DNA of 63,986 nt, filler included, from Sanchytrium tribonematis (taxonomy: Eukaryota), in the NCBI GenBank assembly GCA_018985235.1. It is 10 parts of 10 records of this genome, joined end to end, with 100 filler letters (N's around TTAATTAATTAA, not from the genome) between each part and the next. Parts side by side here need not be neighbours in the genome. Positions count along the whole stretch, not along the records: positions 6,512 to 12,911 come from JADGIG010000529.1; positions 13,012 to 19,397 come from JADGIG010000530.1; positions 19,498 to 25,868 come from JADGIG010000531.1; 7 more parts are not named here. One strand, 5' to 3'. Under the pieces are notes generated by a model. It made no database searches. It was given only the letters and a program-made list of their open reading frames with translations, and was not told the DNA's origin. The position numbers were made by a program, and so were the translations under genes. Positions 12,858-23,352 of the stretch are shown piece by piece. Each line of letters starts with the position of its first letter. Within the stretch, counting starts at the first letter, position 1.

Positions 12858-13052
12858 TTTACCAGCTAACTCATGATAACCTAGCTTATAAGCAACTGAA
12901 AATGATTGTTGNNNNNNNNNNNNNNNNNNNNNNNNNNNNNNNNNNNNNNNNNNNNTTAATTAATTAANNNNNNNNNNNNNNNNNNNNNNNNNNNNNNNNN
13001 NNNNNNNNNNNCCTGTGTGAGATGATAAAAGAGAGACGCTCGTCGTTTGACA

Positions 13053-13538
13053 ATGACTCCGCTATTCTCTTTGATTGCCATTGCAAGTGCAACAGGTACA
13101 GATCCATTGGAAGAACTATTAAGTGATCGATCACTTGAAGGACAAACTAAAACCATATCAGGGCTTATGACGTCCACTCATACTAAACTCATGCCAATTA
13201 AAAACGCACCAAGTGTTAATGGGACACTGCAACAAGTTTATTCCTTGATGCAGCATGAAGCTACTTTATTGACTGAAGCAAAAAAGCAGTCAATAAAGCA
13301 TAAAAATTCACATGAAATTAAAAATATTATCCAAACATACCAACCAGTTATGGATTATTTAAAGGCCTTGGCACCTTTACTGAAAGATGACCCGACGACT
13401 AAAGCCAAACTGGAGAAAGCAATCAATGATTACGCAAATCAGACAGCAACTTTGCTACCATCTCAAGATATAGCTGCAGTAGCTCAAGATGGAAAAGACA
13501 AGGGTAAATCTGATTTTTCCGATCTTTTAGCTCAATAA
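13053..13538 (+). CDS. Small secreted helical protein
   Basis: Signal-peptide-like MTPLFSLIAIASA followed by an amphipathic helical body. Confidence 0.6.
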   Translation: MTPLFSLIAIASATGTDPLEELLSDRSLEGQTKTISGLMTSTHTKLMPIKNAPSVNGTLQQVYSLMQHEATLLTEAKKQSIKHKNSHEIKNIIQTYQPVMDYLKALAPLLKDDPTTKAKLEKAINDYANQTATLLPSQDIAAVAQDGKDKGKSDFSDLLAQ

Positions 13539-13545
13539 ATTTTAT

Positions 13546-13824
13546 TTAAGAAATAATACTTGCCAAATACCAAATACCAATACTAGCCATTCCAGATCCA
13601 GATGTTTTGGCAGCAGTTGGAGTAGGTGATGCAGATGCATTTGCTTGATCAGCTGCATTACTAATCTGATTGACTGCATTCTTAATCTCTGAACTACTTG
13701 GTCCACTATTATCTGAAAATACTGGTAAATTGGATGGCAAACTATTTGGTATTCCACTTGGAAGTGTCGTATTGGTTGGCACAGTTTGCGAATAAATCAT
13801 TGAAATCATCATCGACATCATCAT
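13546..13824 (-). CDS. Small Ser/Thr-rich putative GPI-anchored protein
   Basis: Hydrophobic N-terminus, S/T/P/A-rich body and a SGSG-hydrophobic C-terminus. Confidence 0.55.
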   Translation of the reverse strand: MMMSMMISMIYSQTVPTNTTLPSGIPNSLPSNLPVFSDNSGPSSSEIKNAVNQISNAADQANASASPTPTAAKTSGSGMASIGIWYLASIIS

Positions 13825-14056
13825 CCTTCCAAATTGACGCAAGTGAATCATTAATTAATTTTCAATACATGAGACACCCAATCAAAATGTATCAAAAAGG
13901 ACTTGCACCAGATTGCATCAAATCATGTCCAACTTGGTTTATATCACTTGTGGATCGTGATATTTTAAACCAATCCACATCATTTGCGATCCATTTGCCT
14001 CTAATTTGCAACAAACCAATCAATTTGATTTATAAAACATCCCTCCCCAATTCATC

Positions 14057-14488
14057 ATGGAAGCATTTTACGAAATGAATGAAATGATGAAATTAGCACA
14101 CGATGACCATATGAAAATGTCAATGCATTCCCTCATTAATTGGGATTGTTGCCATTTCACTTTATTATTTCAATGGTGGACCATTTCCAACATGTGGCAA
14201 TTTCTATTCACATTAATGGCATTATTTTTATTAACGTTGAGTAGTGAATATGTCGGATTAAACAAACATCCATTAGCCAATAAATTAAGCACAAAACCAT
14301 GGATGAATGAGCCATTATTGGTGTTAATGGGATGGTATCGCTCATTAATGGGATCTTTGATGATGTTGGTGATGATGTCATTTAATGGATGGATTATTTT
14401 GACCATTACATTGGCTAGTGCGTTGAGTAAAACTGTGATTCTCAAGAAAGTGAATTTGAATGAGGATGAAGCTGTTTTGTGTCATTAA
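14057..14488 (+). CDS. Ctr-family copper transporter
   Basis: Met/His-rich N-terminus, LLFQWW segment and MMLVMMSFN (MxxxM) TM motif. Confidence 0.88.
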   Translation: MEAFYEMNEMMKLAHDDHMKMSMHSLINWDCCHFTLLFQWWTISNMWQFLFTLMALFLLTLSSEYVGLNKHPLANKLSTKPWMNEPLLVLMGWYRSLMGSLMMLVMMSFNGWIILTITLASALSKTVILKKVNLNEDEAVLCH

Positions 14489-14540
14489 CAATAAATGATT
14501 TGGGATTTAATTGTTACCAGCACCCAAGTTGCTCATATTC

Positions 14541-16889
14541 TTAATATCTATTTTCATGATAAATACTCATTTCAGGGTTTTTGGCGCAACCAGTACCATT
14601 GTGATAAAATGCCGACAAAATTTTCTCGCTGTAGCGACTTCCAAATTTAGAACCATTTGAATAACATTTGTACGCATATTCAAGATCCTTTCTCTTATTG
14701 AAAAAATATTTGTGATGCAAATCACCAAGTTTTTCACTACCAAAAGGACAGTTTGCATCCATTGATAATTTATAATAATGCATGGCAGTATTTTTGTCTT
14801 TTTTACATCCAATGCCATTTTCATAACACCAGCCCAATCGAGAAATGCCATTTGGAATCTTTAAATTAGCTGCTTGTTGAAAATATGAAAAGGCGGATTC
14901 TTTTGATTTTTTGGTACCCCATCCTAAATAAGTTAAGCGGCCGAGATATAGTAGAGCGTAAGGATTATTACTACAATTGGAAAAAAGGTTAAATCGTTCT
15001 TCACGAGATTTAATTTCAGAGCCCTTTAATAACTTATAATATTGCACAAGTACCAAAAGCAATTCATCACTTAAAAATCCATTGCTATGACAAGACGATA
15101 GAACAGCGACAATTTGTTCAAGATGTTTTTTGCGAAGTTTTCTTATAAATCTCTCATTCTCAAATGCATCAATTGTTTTGACTAATTTTACAAACAACGG
15201 AATGAAAAATTTGGAATCATTGCGGAGAACAGACTGCTTGACCATTTTCATTAGCTCCAATCCATATAGATTGGAAATATCAAAATTAGGAGTAGGATTT
15301 TGCCCAAGATTTAAAGGAATTTGAGGGTTTTGATTAATGGGGGATGAAGTATAGTTTGGAGGGTTTGACTCTACCGCTGGTGGGGAAATGTTTTTAATGT
15401 TATTGGGTTTCGTATAGCTATATTTCTCAGACATCTGTGAGCAAAGATAATTCACAATTTCAGTCATATCTGGTCTATTTTGTGGATTTGTATACCAGCA
15501 CTTTTCTATAAATTGAAATATGGGTGATTTTATATCAGTATTGGAATAGGGTCGCATTCCTTGGCAAACGGCTTGCTTAATATCCTCACTACTAAAATCA
15601 ATCCATGGAATGATTTTTGTTGCAATTTCCCCTAAAACGATTGCAAATGCGTAAATATCACCTGCAAATGGATACTCTTTGCGATATCGCATATTATCTG
15701 GTGACATTTGCCAGTATTCTGGGGCTCTCCATTGATCTGTGCCGATGGTTCGATTTTTGCCAATTGTAGAAACAGTTGAATTTGTGATTTTAGCCATTCC
15801 CAGGTCTATAATGCGGGGCATGTACAGACTGTCGATCATGATGTTATTGGATTTGACATCATTATGGGCTATTCCATTCAGATGCATATAAGCGAGTCCA
15901 CGGGCAATCCCGAGTTGAATTTTATTGATTTGGTCATTTGGGAGTGATCTCTCAAAATATAACCAACTGTAGAGCGTATAATTGTCTACATACTCAATTA
16001 CGAATCCCAAGTTATCCTCTACAGCAGTCACGCCGTAAAATTTAACAATAAACGGAGATTTGTTTAATTTTTCAAACGCCTTCACTTCTCTCAAAATGGC
16101 TTTGTTTTTCTCTAAAGCATCTGATTTGACTTTGAAGCTACCAGGGTTCTTGAATGGCACATCTTTAATTACCTTGACCGCCACACACAATCCATTCCAC
16201 TGTCCCAAATGAACCTGGCCAAATGAGCCACTTCCGATAGACTCACTGACATCCACAATGATTTCATGGATATAATCAATTTCTGCCATTCTAGATTTCT
16301 CAATTATTTCCACTTTTGTGGCCTGTAAATCCTCCATAGTCACATTTTCGTGTTTAGAATTCATCAAATGCTCAAGCATAGCTTTTATTTGACTCATCTC
16401 ACTGGCTGATGCATTCAAATGCGCATATATTCCATTGTATGCCTCATTGGATCCATTAAAAGACATATCTTTTAATATTCCCATAATTTGTTCTAATTTG
16501 CCACTCATCTCTCCGTCGTTGTCTTTCATATCTATCGTCTGACACAAGGCCAATTCAAACAGCATTTTATACAGCTCATCATTCAAAGCAATGAATTTAT
16601 CCCGATATCTGTCTGCTAATAAAATCTTCTTTACAGCATGTTTATCCGCAAAATCAACAATAAATTCACTCGCATTCTTCAATTTATCATTTAATACACT
16701 CAGTATGTGATGGGTGGTGGTTGATTGTCTCTTAATCTCCATCCCTTTTAAAATAAAGTTTAATCGTGTGAGTCTTTCCAATAAAATATCTGCATCTTTG
16801 AAATTTTCATGGACTAATTTGATTTGTTGCAATACGGGTAGCATTTTACCAATAATCCCAATGGCATTGGTGATCAAAAATGCTTCCAT
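14541..16889 (-). CDS. TKL protein kinase with N-terminal MLKL-like helical domain and C-terminal Sel1 repeats
   Basis: GSGSFG, VAVK, HNDVKSNN, DLG and WRAPE kinase motifs. Sel1 repeats (LGWCYENGIGCKKD). N-terminal about 130-aa helical domain. Confidence 0.85.
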   Translation of the reverse strand: MEAFLITNAIGIIGKMLPVLQQIKLVHENFKDADILLERLTRLNFILKGMEIKRQSTTTHHILSVLNDKLKNASEFIVDFADKHAVKKILLADRYRDKFIALNDELYKMLFELALCQTIDMKDNDGEMSGKLEQIMGILKDMSFNGSNEAYNGIYAHLNASASEMSQIKAMLEHLMNSKHENVTMEDLQATKVEIIEKSRMAEIDYIHEIIVDVSESIGSGSFGQVHLGQWNGLCVAVKVIKDVPFKNPGSFKVKSDALEKNKAILREVKAFEKLNKSPFIVKFYGVTAVEDNLGFVIEYVDNYTLYSWLYFERSLPNDQINKIQLGIARGLAYMHLNGIAHNDVKSNNIMIDSLYMPRIIDLGMAKITNSTVSTIGKNRTIGTDQWRAPEYWQMSPDNMRYRKEYPFAGDIYAFAIVLGEIATKIIPWIDFSSEDIKQAVCQGMRPYSNTDIKSPIFQFIEKCWYTNPQNRPDMTEIVNYLCSQMSEKYSYTKPNNIKNISPPAVESNPPNYTSSPINQNPQIPLNLGQNPTPNFDISNLYGLELMKMVKQSVLRNDSKFFIPLFVKLVKTIDAFENERFIRKLRKKHLEQIVAVLSSCHSNGFLSDELLLVLVQYYKLLKGSEIKSREERFNLFSNCSNNPYALLYLGRLTYLGWGTKKSKESAFSYFQQAANLKIPNGISRLGWCYENGIGCKKDKNTAMHYYKLSMDANCPFGSEKLGDLHHKYFFNKRKDLEYAYKCYSNGSKFGSRYSEKILSAFYHNGTGCAKNPEMSIYHENRY

Positions 16890-17125
16890 TCGAAAACAGG
16901 GAGATCCTCCGTGTAAAGAACACAAAGATAGTCACAGAGATGGTTAAAATATTATAACGATAGTCGTCTTTATGGATAGTCAGATGTCTTCCAAATCAAA
17001 TTCTAAATTGTTTATCTCGAATGCTTGCCTTAATGTTTGCAAATGATTGCAAATGATTGCACAAATTCTGTGATTCGCCATTAATTTAATTTTACGAATA
17101 AATAACGAGAGGGTATTTGATTGCA

Positions 17126-17587
17126 ATGAATTCTACTGGACTTTCTTCCTCGTGTCAAACAGCATACACATCTGTCACGGATTGTGTCTCAAACTCAAAC
17201 GACACAAAAGCAAGTCTCATCTGCGATCAATGTGGTGATTTGACAGAAACCTTGTTTCCGCAATGTAGTGAAGCTGATTTTAAGAATATTACCGTTTTAG
17301 TTCCAGCAATGAGATGCCACCAAGAAGATGACACAATTTGTTATCCAGATCCATCCAAAAAGTTGAATCCAAAGACATGTGAGAGTAAATGTGACCAATT
17401 CAACTCTAAAATGCTTTTATTGTCAGGTGGAGATGAATTGAAGAAATTGAATGACAAGGAATTGCAAAGTGTAAAAGGATGTGCTGCTAAATATCCAAAT
17501 GATACTCAAATTGGAACTGGAAGTACATCATCTGCAATGACTGCCACGTTCTCTGTTTTAAGTGTATCCATTTTATTGCTGGTTTAA
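17126..17587 (+). CDS. Cys-rich small protein with GPI-like C-terminus
   Basis: Spaced cysteines and a S/T linker followed by a hydrophobic tail. N-terminal signal not evident. Confidence 0.6.
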   Translation: MNSTGLSSSCQTAYTSVTDCVSNSNDTKASLICDQCGDLTETLFPQCSEADFKNITVLVPAMRCHQEDDTICYPDPSKKLNPKTCESKCDQFNSKMLLLSGGDELKKLNDKELQSVKGCAAKYPNDTQIGTGSTSSAMTATFSVLSVSILLLV

Positions 17588-17897
17588 ATAAATTTATTGG
17601 ATTTAAATCTATGTGAGTGAAATGGTCAGAGATTCTCTGTCTACAGTAGTACAGATCAGCGGAGAATATATCATCAGTGTTTTAAACTTACCTATTTACG
17701 AATTGATGGCAAATAACAAGACTTCTGAGCATCTATGCGCATTTCAAGGGTCCCAAGTCATTCTAATCAATATCAACTATGTCAGATGGACTGCATCATA
17801 AAGGTAGAACGTATTATCATCAATAATCAGAAGATGAAAATAATCATTTTGCAAAAATACTTACTCGTTTCCTCCTCATCTCCTAGAAATCAAGAAT

Positions 17898-19285
17898 TTA
17901 TTCACTCCATCCGAATCCACATTTCTCTAATCTATCCATTGCTTCAGCCAATACATCCATAGATGGTCCTAAAAACATTCTCAACATGGCAGGATAATAT
18001 TCTTCAGTATTTTCAGGATTAATCATGCTGCAATATCCGAATACCAACCCACATTTCTCTGCAATATGTTCTCTATATGCAATTTCCAAGTAGTTATATC
18101 CATCATCTTCATGATACACATCTAAATTATTAGATTTCTTGTGTTTTAACATCTCCACTTGAGATTGCAACAATTTATGAAATTTAGGAGGGATTTCAAA
18201 TAACATGTAAGATGTACATTCACCTACAATCAGAGCATCAGATGGATAATTCAATTCTAAAAACCTCTTTTTAATGAATTGCTTCTTTAAAATCATGGTT
18301 TCATTCACTTTTGACAAATATTGCGAACTTGCTGGGTCATTTAGAAAATTAGACATGGCTAGTTGTAATGGGACACCAGAACCATAAGAATGTGCATAAA
18401 AGTATTTCCACATCAATGGTTTTAACACAGCTGGATGTGCCACACAGAAACCTAAATAAATTAAATTTACCAATTCCCCATCCATTTGAGGAGAATTGCT
18501 TACCGAGTGATCTTACTTGACACCATAGTAAGCTACCACTATATGCATCTGATTGAATGTAGTTAGCTAGTAATTTTAATGCAATTGTGGGTTTTGCAGC
18601 ACTACAAATACCGAAATTCGCGTCATCAATTAAAAATGCAGATTTGTGTTCATCAGCAAATTGAATCAATTGATTGACTTGTGACTCACTCATATTGATC
18701 CCAGTTGGATTGTGTTGTGGATTAATAGTGATACATGCTAAATATTCGTCATTTTCCAAATCATCATAAATTTCCATTAATTCATTTAAATCGTACTGAA
18801 ATTGCTTAGATTTCTTCATGTAGATATTTCACAGTATATCCAGCATATTTAAAGACACCCTCATAGTCCCATGACGGACAAATCACGACAGCAACAGGTT
18901 TTTTAGTAGGATTTTGATGTTTGACATACATGGCGAAATCAAACATTGCATTTCTAGATCCTTGGTTAATGACTGATACTTGATAATCTCTTCCTAATTT
19001 GAATGTATCTGGTAATTCATGGGTCTTTTTAGCATAGATTTCGACTGTTTTACGCAATTCTTGCAATCCATACGCATCTACGATGTAGCCATGTGAATAA
19101 TGGGGCACATTATTTAAATGCTTGACCAAATCAACGGGTGTATCCTTCCACGTCTCTCCATGTGATAAATAGATCGGATGGCCATAAATCGGATCTTCTA
19201 AATACGGTTTAATGTATTCTAATTCCGTGTTATCGCCTAATACTTAATCAATACTTAATTCTTGATGTTCAAAGAGCGTCGGCAT
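17898..19285 (-). CDS. PLP-dependent aminotransferase class I/II; introns 19237-19254, 18814-18832 (tentative) and 18452-18470
   Basis: YGLQELR, INPQHNPTG, IDDAN and SLGKQ...GWGIG (PLP lysine) motifs, plus a C-terminal LRM. Three ORF pieces join through tiny introns. Confidence 0.85.
18452..18470 (-). other. 19-nt spliceosomal intron GTAAATTTAATTTATTTAG
   Basis: Removal gives GWGIG-FCVAHP, restoring the PLP-site motif and the frame. Confidence 0.9.
18814..18832 (-). other. Tentative 19-nt intron GTGAAATATCTACATGAAG (alternative: a 1-nt frameshift)
   Basis: Removal restores the frame and there is an A at -6, but the donor is GTG and the removed sequence translates plausibly (VKYL). Confidence 0.45.
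19237..19254 (-). other. 18-nt intron GTATTGATTAAGTATTAG
   Basis: In frame and contains a TAA stop. Removal links ATG 19285 to the rest of the gene. Confidence 0.7.
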
Positions 19286-19497
19286 TTCGTCTGATTGCAG
19301 CAGGGGAGCCGCATTTGATAATTATCCCGATGGAAGATCGAACCAATCAAATTAATTTAAATGTTTCACATAATTTTATTGGGTCATCGTCTTTCCCNNN
19401 NNNNNNNNNNNNNNNNNNNNNNNNNNNNNNNNNNNNNNNNNTTAATTAATTAANNNNNNNNNNNNNNNNNNNNNNNNNNNNNNNNNNNNNNNNNNNN

Positions 19498-19793
19498 AGA
19501 TCATCACCACATATTACATGATCATTGCTTTTCAGCAATCTCAGTATGACATCCAAAGCGCTCATACCGCTACTTACGCAGTAGGTTGAAAATGCTTGTT
19601 GTAATCTAGCCAGATGACTTTCGATATGAGTTCTTGATGGATTGCCACTTCTGGTATAATCATATTGACCGTTCCCGTGAAAGGTAGCTGAGAGATAAAG
19701 TGGGAAGCTTGAGGCTTGATATGGGTCATCGTGTTGAGTCCGAATAAGTTGAGTAGCAAAATGCAATTTTGGTATATCGGCATCGTTCTTCAT
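19498..19793 (-). CDS. Cystathionine beta-lyase / Cys-Met metabolism PLP enzyme, N-terminal part
   Basis: PLYLSATF, YDYTRSGNPSR and SSGMSAL motifs. 3' cut by contig end. Confidence 0.9.
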
Positions 19794-19808
19794 TATACTC
19801 CGTGTTAT

Positions 19809-20336
19809 ATGAATGTACAGCAGCTTTTGAAATCATATAATCGTAAAAAACCTTCTCCTCGACAAAGTCATTTATGGAATGACATAAGAAGAAAACAATA
19901 TGATACAATTTTAAATAGCGAAATGGCAATTGTCTGTCAACGAAGTCCATTGACAGCAAGTGAGTATGAACATTTAAAATATGCCTTAAGACATCGATCG
20001 TGGAAAAGTGCGATTGTAAACACGGCGACCTTCAATGATGTTTTGTTAAAGAGAAAATATAATTTCCACATGACAGGATCAACTTTAGTTTTATTTGGTG
20101 ACATTAAAAATTGGAATGAATTTAAAAGCATGGCTCTTCCTCAAAATGTTTTTCCTATTGGAATTAAGCTTCTTGATCGTTTTCTCAATTTCGAAGGAAA
20201 TCAGAACGTTGATTGTATTCTAAGTTCGAGATTTAATTTACTTCATCTTCTTCAAGCGACCCAGCAGACATTGTTAGAAGCGATACCTTATCAAGCTTCG
20301 AATTTGATCCAAAATCTTAACCTTCGAAATAAATGA
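19809..20336 (+). CDS. Probable mitochondrial ribosomal protein uL10m
   Basis: L10-like pattern (LTASEYEHLKYALR...IVNT...TGSTLVLF). Confidence 0.6.
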   Translation: MNVQQLLKSYNRKKPSPRQSHLWNDIRRKQYDTILNSEMAIVCQRSPLTASEYEHLKYALRHRSWKSAIVNTATFNDVLLKRKYNFHMTGSTLVLFGDIKNWNEFKSMALPQNVFPIGIKLLDRFLNFEGNQNVDCILSSRFNLLHLLQATQQTLLEAIPYQASNLIQNLNLRNK

Positions 20337-20377
20337 ACTTTAATTGTGTACATTACAATTAATTGCAAAACAAGGAC

Positions 20378-21448
20378 ATGACAATTGTTTTAGGCATTGA
20401 GAGCAGTGCCAACAAAGTAGCAGTGGGTATCACAAAAAAAGAAGGCGATAGATTTGCTACACTATCCAACTTAAGAAGAACTTACACGACATTACCTGGG
20501 GAAGGTTTTCAACCTAAAGAAGCTGCAACATTCCATAGGCAAAATTGTGTTGAATTGGTAACAGAGGCTCTTAAAGAGGCTGAAGTGAGCCATCAAGATA
20601 TTGATTTTATAGCATATACTAAAGGGCCCGGAATCGCTCCATGCCTCATAGTGGGTGCAATTGTTGCTAGAACATTGTCCCTGATCTGGAGTAAGCCACT
20701 GGTTCCTGTCAATCACTGCGTTGCACACATTGAAATGGGCCGGATAGTATGTAATTCAGAAAACCCTGTCATTCTGTATGCAAGCGGAGGAAATTCACAG
20801 ATTATTGGTTTTGCTAATCAAAGGTATCGAATTTACGGAGAAACAATCGACATAGCTGTGGGAAATGCTTTGGACAAGTTTGCTAGAAAATTAAAATTAC
20901 CAAACAATCCTAGTGGTGGATTTTGGGTCGAAAAATTGGCTTCTTATGGCTGTAAATATGTCCCACTTCCATATGTAATTAAAGGAATGGATGTTTCGTT
21001 TAGTGGAATGCTGAGTTATGTTGAAAACTTTATAGGCAAATGTAACATAACATACCGAGGCCCTACAAATGTGAATGATTTAGTTGGAGAGTGGTTTAAG
21101 AATGACATGCAAGATGTCGCTGATCTATGTTATTCTTTGCAAGAAACAGCGTTTGCGATGATGGTGGAGACTACTGAAAGGGTGATGGCTCTAACCAATG
21201 CCTCTGAAATTCTTTGCGTGGGAGGCGTTGGATGCAATTTAAGACTTCAGGAAATGCTTCATTTAATGGCCAGGGATAGAGGTTCGAAGCTTAATTCTAT
21301 GGATGAACGATATTGCATTGACAATGGTCTAATGATAGCATGCACTGGTGTTTTATTTTCCGAATGCAACGCTTTTCCATCGCTTGAAGAATGCTCGGTA
21401 ACTCAGCGTTATAGAACTGACCAAGTCGAAATAAGTTGGAGAAATTGA
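20378..21448 (+). CDS. KAE1: tRNA N6-threonylcarbamoyladenosine biosynthesis protein Kae1/OSGEP
   Basis: LGIESSANK, VNHCVAHIEMG, GETIDIAVGN, GGVGCN, IDNG and QRYRTD motifs. Confidence 0.97.
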   Translation: MTIVLGIESSANKVAVGITKKEGDRFATLSNLRRTYTTLPGEGFQPKEAATFHRQNCVELVTEALKEAEVSHQDIDFIAYTKGPGIAPCLIVGAIVARTLSLIWSKPLVPVNHCVAHIEMGRIVCNSENPVILYASGGNSQIIGFANQRYRIYGETIDIAVGNALDKFARKLKLPNNPSGGFWVEKLASYGCKYVPLPYVIKGMDVSFSGMLSYVENFIGKCNITYRGPTNVNDLVGEWFKNDMQDVADLCYSLQETAFAMMVETTERVMALTNASEILCVGGVGCNLRLQEMLHLMARDRGSKLNSMDERYCIDNGLMIACTGVLFSECNAFPSLEECSVTQRYRTDQVEISWRN

Positions 21449-21454
21449 CTTTGT

Positions 21455-23194
21455 TTATTTTAGAAAAAAATCTGGTCCGCAAATGCTTGTGCTGCAAATA
21501 AAGAGTTTTATGGAAGTATTTTTAAACAGGAATCTTAGCGCTGAACACTCTGCTTCTGTCACCCCTCCCACGAAAACAAAAATGAAAGTCTTATTTGGGC
21601 ACAAATTTACCGATTCACTTTGAAGCAAGTCGTCAAATACCACAGAAGCTAAATTTGAATCGGTTGAGCACTTGGACAAATTTAAGTTTTTGATGCAATT
21701 TTTGTTCTCGTCAATATTGGCTTGTATTAATCGTGGTATTAGTGGCGCAATTCCGCTAAGAACATATGAAATATCGACAGGATCTCTTTCTGGAGTATTT
21801 TCAACAAAAAGATTTAAGTCCTTGCGAATTGTTTTGTAAAATGATCTGATATTATCTTCTTTCCTTGAAATTAAGTGACATTTCATTAAGTTATCCCAAA
21901 CTTCAAAATATTCAATGCCATATGTTTGTACAAATTCTTTTTTTAGCAATTCTAATTTCTTGCTTTTAAGCCCATCAGTAGATAAAGATATAATTGAAAG
22001 TAGTCTAATGGTATCGTCGACATTCTCACCTCTCGCAATTAATTCTTCAACGTGATCTAAAAACAAGTTATTCTCTATTCCACTAACACAATTTTGCTGA
22101 ATTTCAACAAACTTGTGAAAATCATCGTCCATTGCTTTTTGCAGCTGCTCTGCTAAATTTGTGTGTAGCCTAAGATATTTGTGCTCTGATTGAAGGGATC
22201 CAAGTTTGCTGACAAATGCTTTAATTTGGGGGACTGTTTGGGCTTGATTTCTGGAATCAAATCCTTGTTTTAAATTTTTTGCGAACTTATTAAGATAGGA
22301 GCCTACACCAGCGAAATTCATGTCCCTCAACTCTAAATAAAGAGGATCGTCCTTTAATTTAATTTTTTTGTGGTTAATTGGGCGCGGCTTCATTTTATCT
22401 ATAATAGGTATATCCCCATCTATGTGCCCATCATTGAAGTCACAGAATTCCGAAAGCAGTCCCGCATATGTAAGCTGCTTTAGTAATGGTGTAACCAAAT
22501 CCAAATTTCTATCGAAAATAAACATTTCCAAATTGCCTTGTTCTGCCTCACCCGAAGAATTATTAGTTTTTGCATTTGGAAATTGCTGAGGCACTGGAAT
22601 TTGATAAGAGGTATTTTTTAAAGAACAACGACTCTCTAAAACGTTTTCCATGTGAATCATATTACTAAATATATTTTTTAACAAGCAAGCATTTTTTCCG
22701 ATACCGGCTAATCTTTGAGGAATCCCAAAGATCTGACGTAATTGCATGCACCCTAAGGATAGCTCATGCAACACATGAGGGTCGGATCTGACAAACAAAT
22801 CATTAAAGCAATCAATTTCCAATATCATAACATCATTTTCTGGCAAGCTCCAGAAAAGAGGCATTTCCATAGCAGTGATATCGACGTTTTTTTCTAAAAG
22901 AATGGCAGTTTGTAGCTCGATTCTTGGTACAATAAGTAGTACGTTTTCTACTGATGTGTCTATATTAGATAGTACTGTTTGAGCAGATCTATTTTTAATC
23001 AAATAAAATGTCAAAATCTGTTGGCTATTGTTTTGCCTTAAATTTCCAATCGAAACTACTTTATGTTCTTTTAATGTTTGATAATCGAGGATTAGGTTAA
23101 TAGAATTAACAAGCTCATTATCGATGATAAGGTTTTTGGGCCCAGGTTTAGAATCTAAAGCATCCAGAATATACTGCAAATACAAAGAGTTCAT
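21455..23194 (-). CDS. VPS33: Sec1-family vacuolar sorting protein Vps33
   Basis: DRNLDLVTPLLKQLTYAGL, ELRDMNF, LHTNLAE, DISYVLSGIAPL and FVGGVTEAECSALRF motifs. Confidence 0.93.
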   Translation of the reverse strand: MNSLYLQYILDALDSKPGPKNLIIDNELVNSINLILDYQTLKEHKVVSIGNLRQNNSQQILTFYLIKNRSAQTVLSNIDTSVENVLLIVPRIELQTAILLEKNVDITAMEMPLFWSLPENDVMILEIDCFNDLFVRSDPHVLHELSLGCMQLRQIFGIPQRLAGIGKNACLLKNIFSNMIHMENVLESRCSLKNTSYQIPVPQQFPNAKTNNSSGEAEQGNLEMFIFDRNLDLVTPLLKQLTYAGLLSEFCDFNDGHIDGDIPIIDKMKPRPINHKKIKLKDDPLYLELRDMNFAGVGSYLNKFAKNLKQGFDSRNQAQTVPQIKAFVSKLGSLQSEHKYLRLHTNLAEQLQKAMDDDFHKFVEIQQNCVSGIENNLFLDHVEELIARGENVDDTIRLLSIISLSTDGLKSKKLELLKKEFVQTYGIEYFEVWDNLMKCHLISRKEDNIRSFYKTIRKDLNLFVENTPERDPVDISYVLSGIAPLIPRLIQANIDENKNCIKNLNLSKCSTDSNLASVVFDDLLQSESVNLCPNKTFIFVFVGGVTEAECSALRFLFKNTSIKLFICSTSICGPDFFLK

Positions 23195-23352
23195 AACGAA
23201 TTTTAAGTGAAACAATGGAGGATCATAAAGAAATAAATATTTTAAAAGATATTGGCTGGTGCTTGATACAATTAGGATATTAAATCAAAATATGAGTCTT
23301 ATATTGCTTGATTGAGGTTTGCCTAATTCGCTCCGATTTCTCCTTGCTGCAA

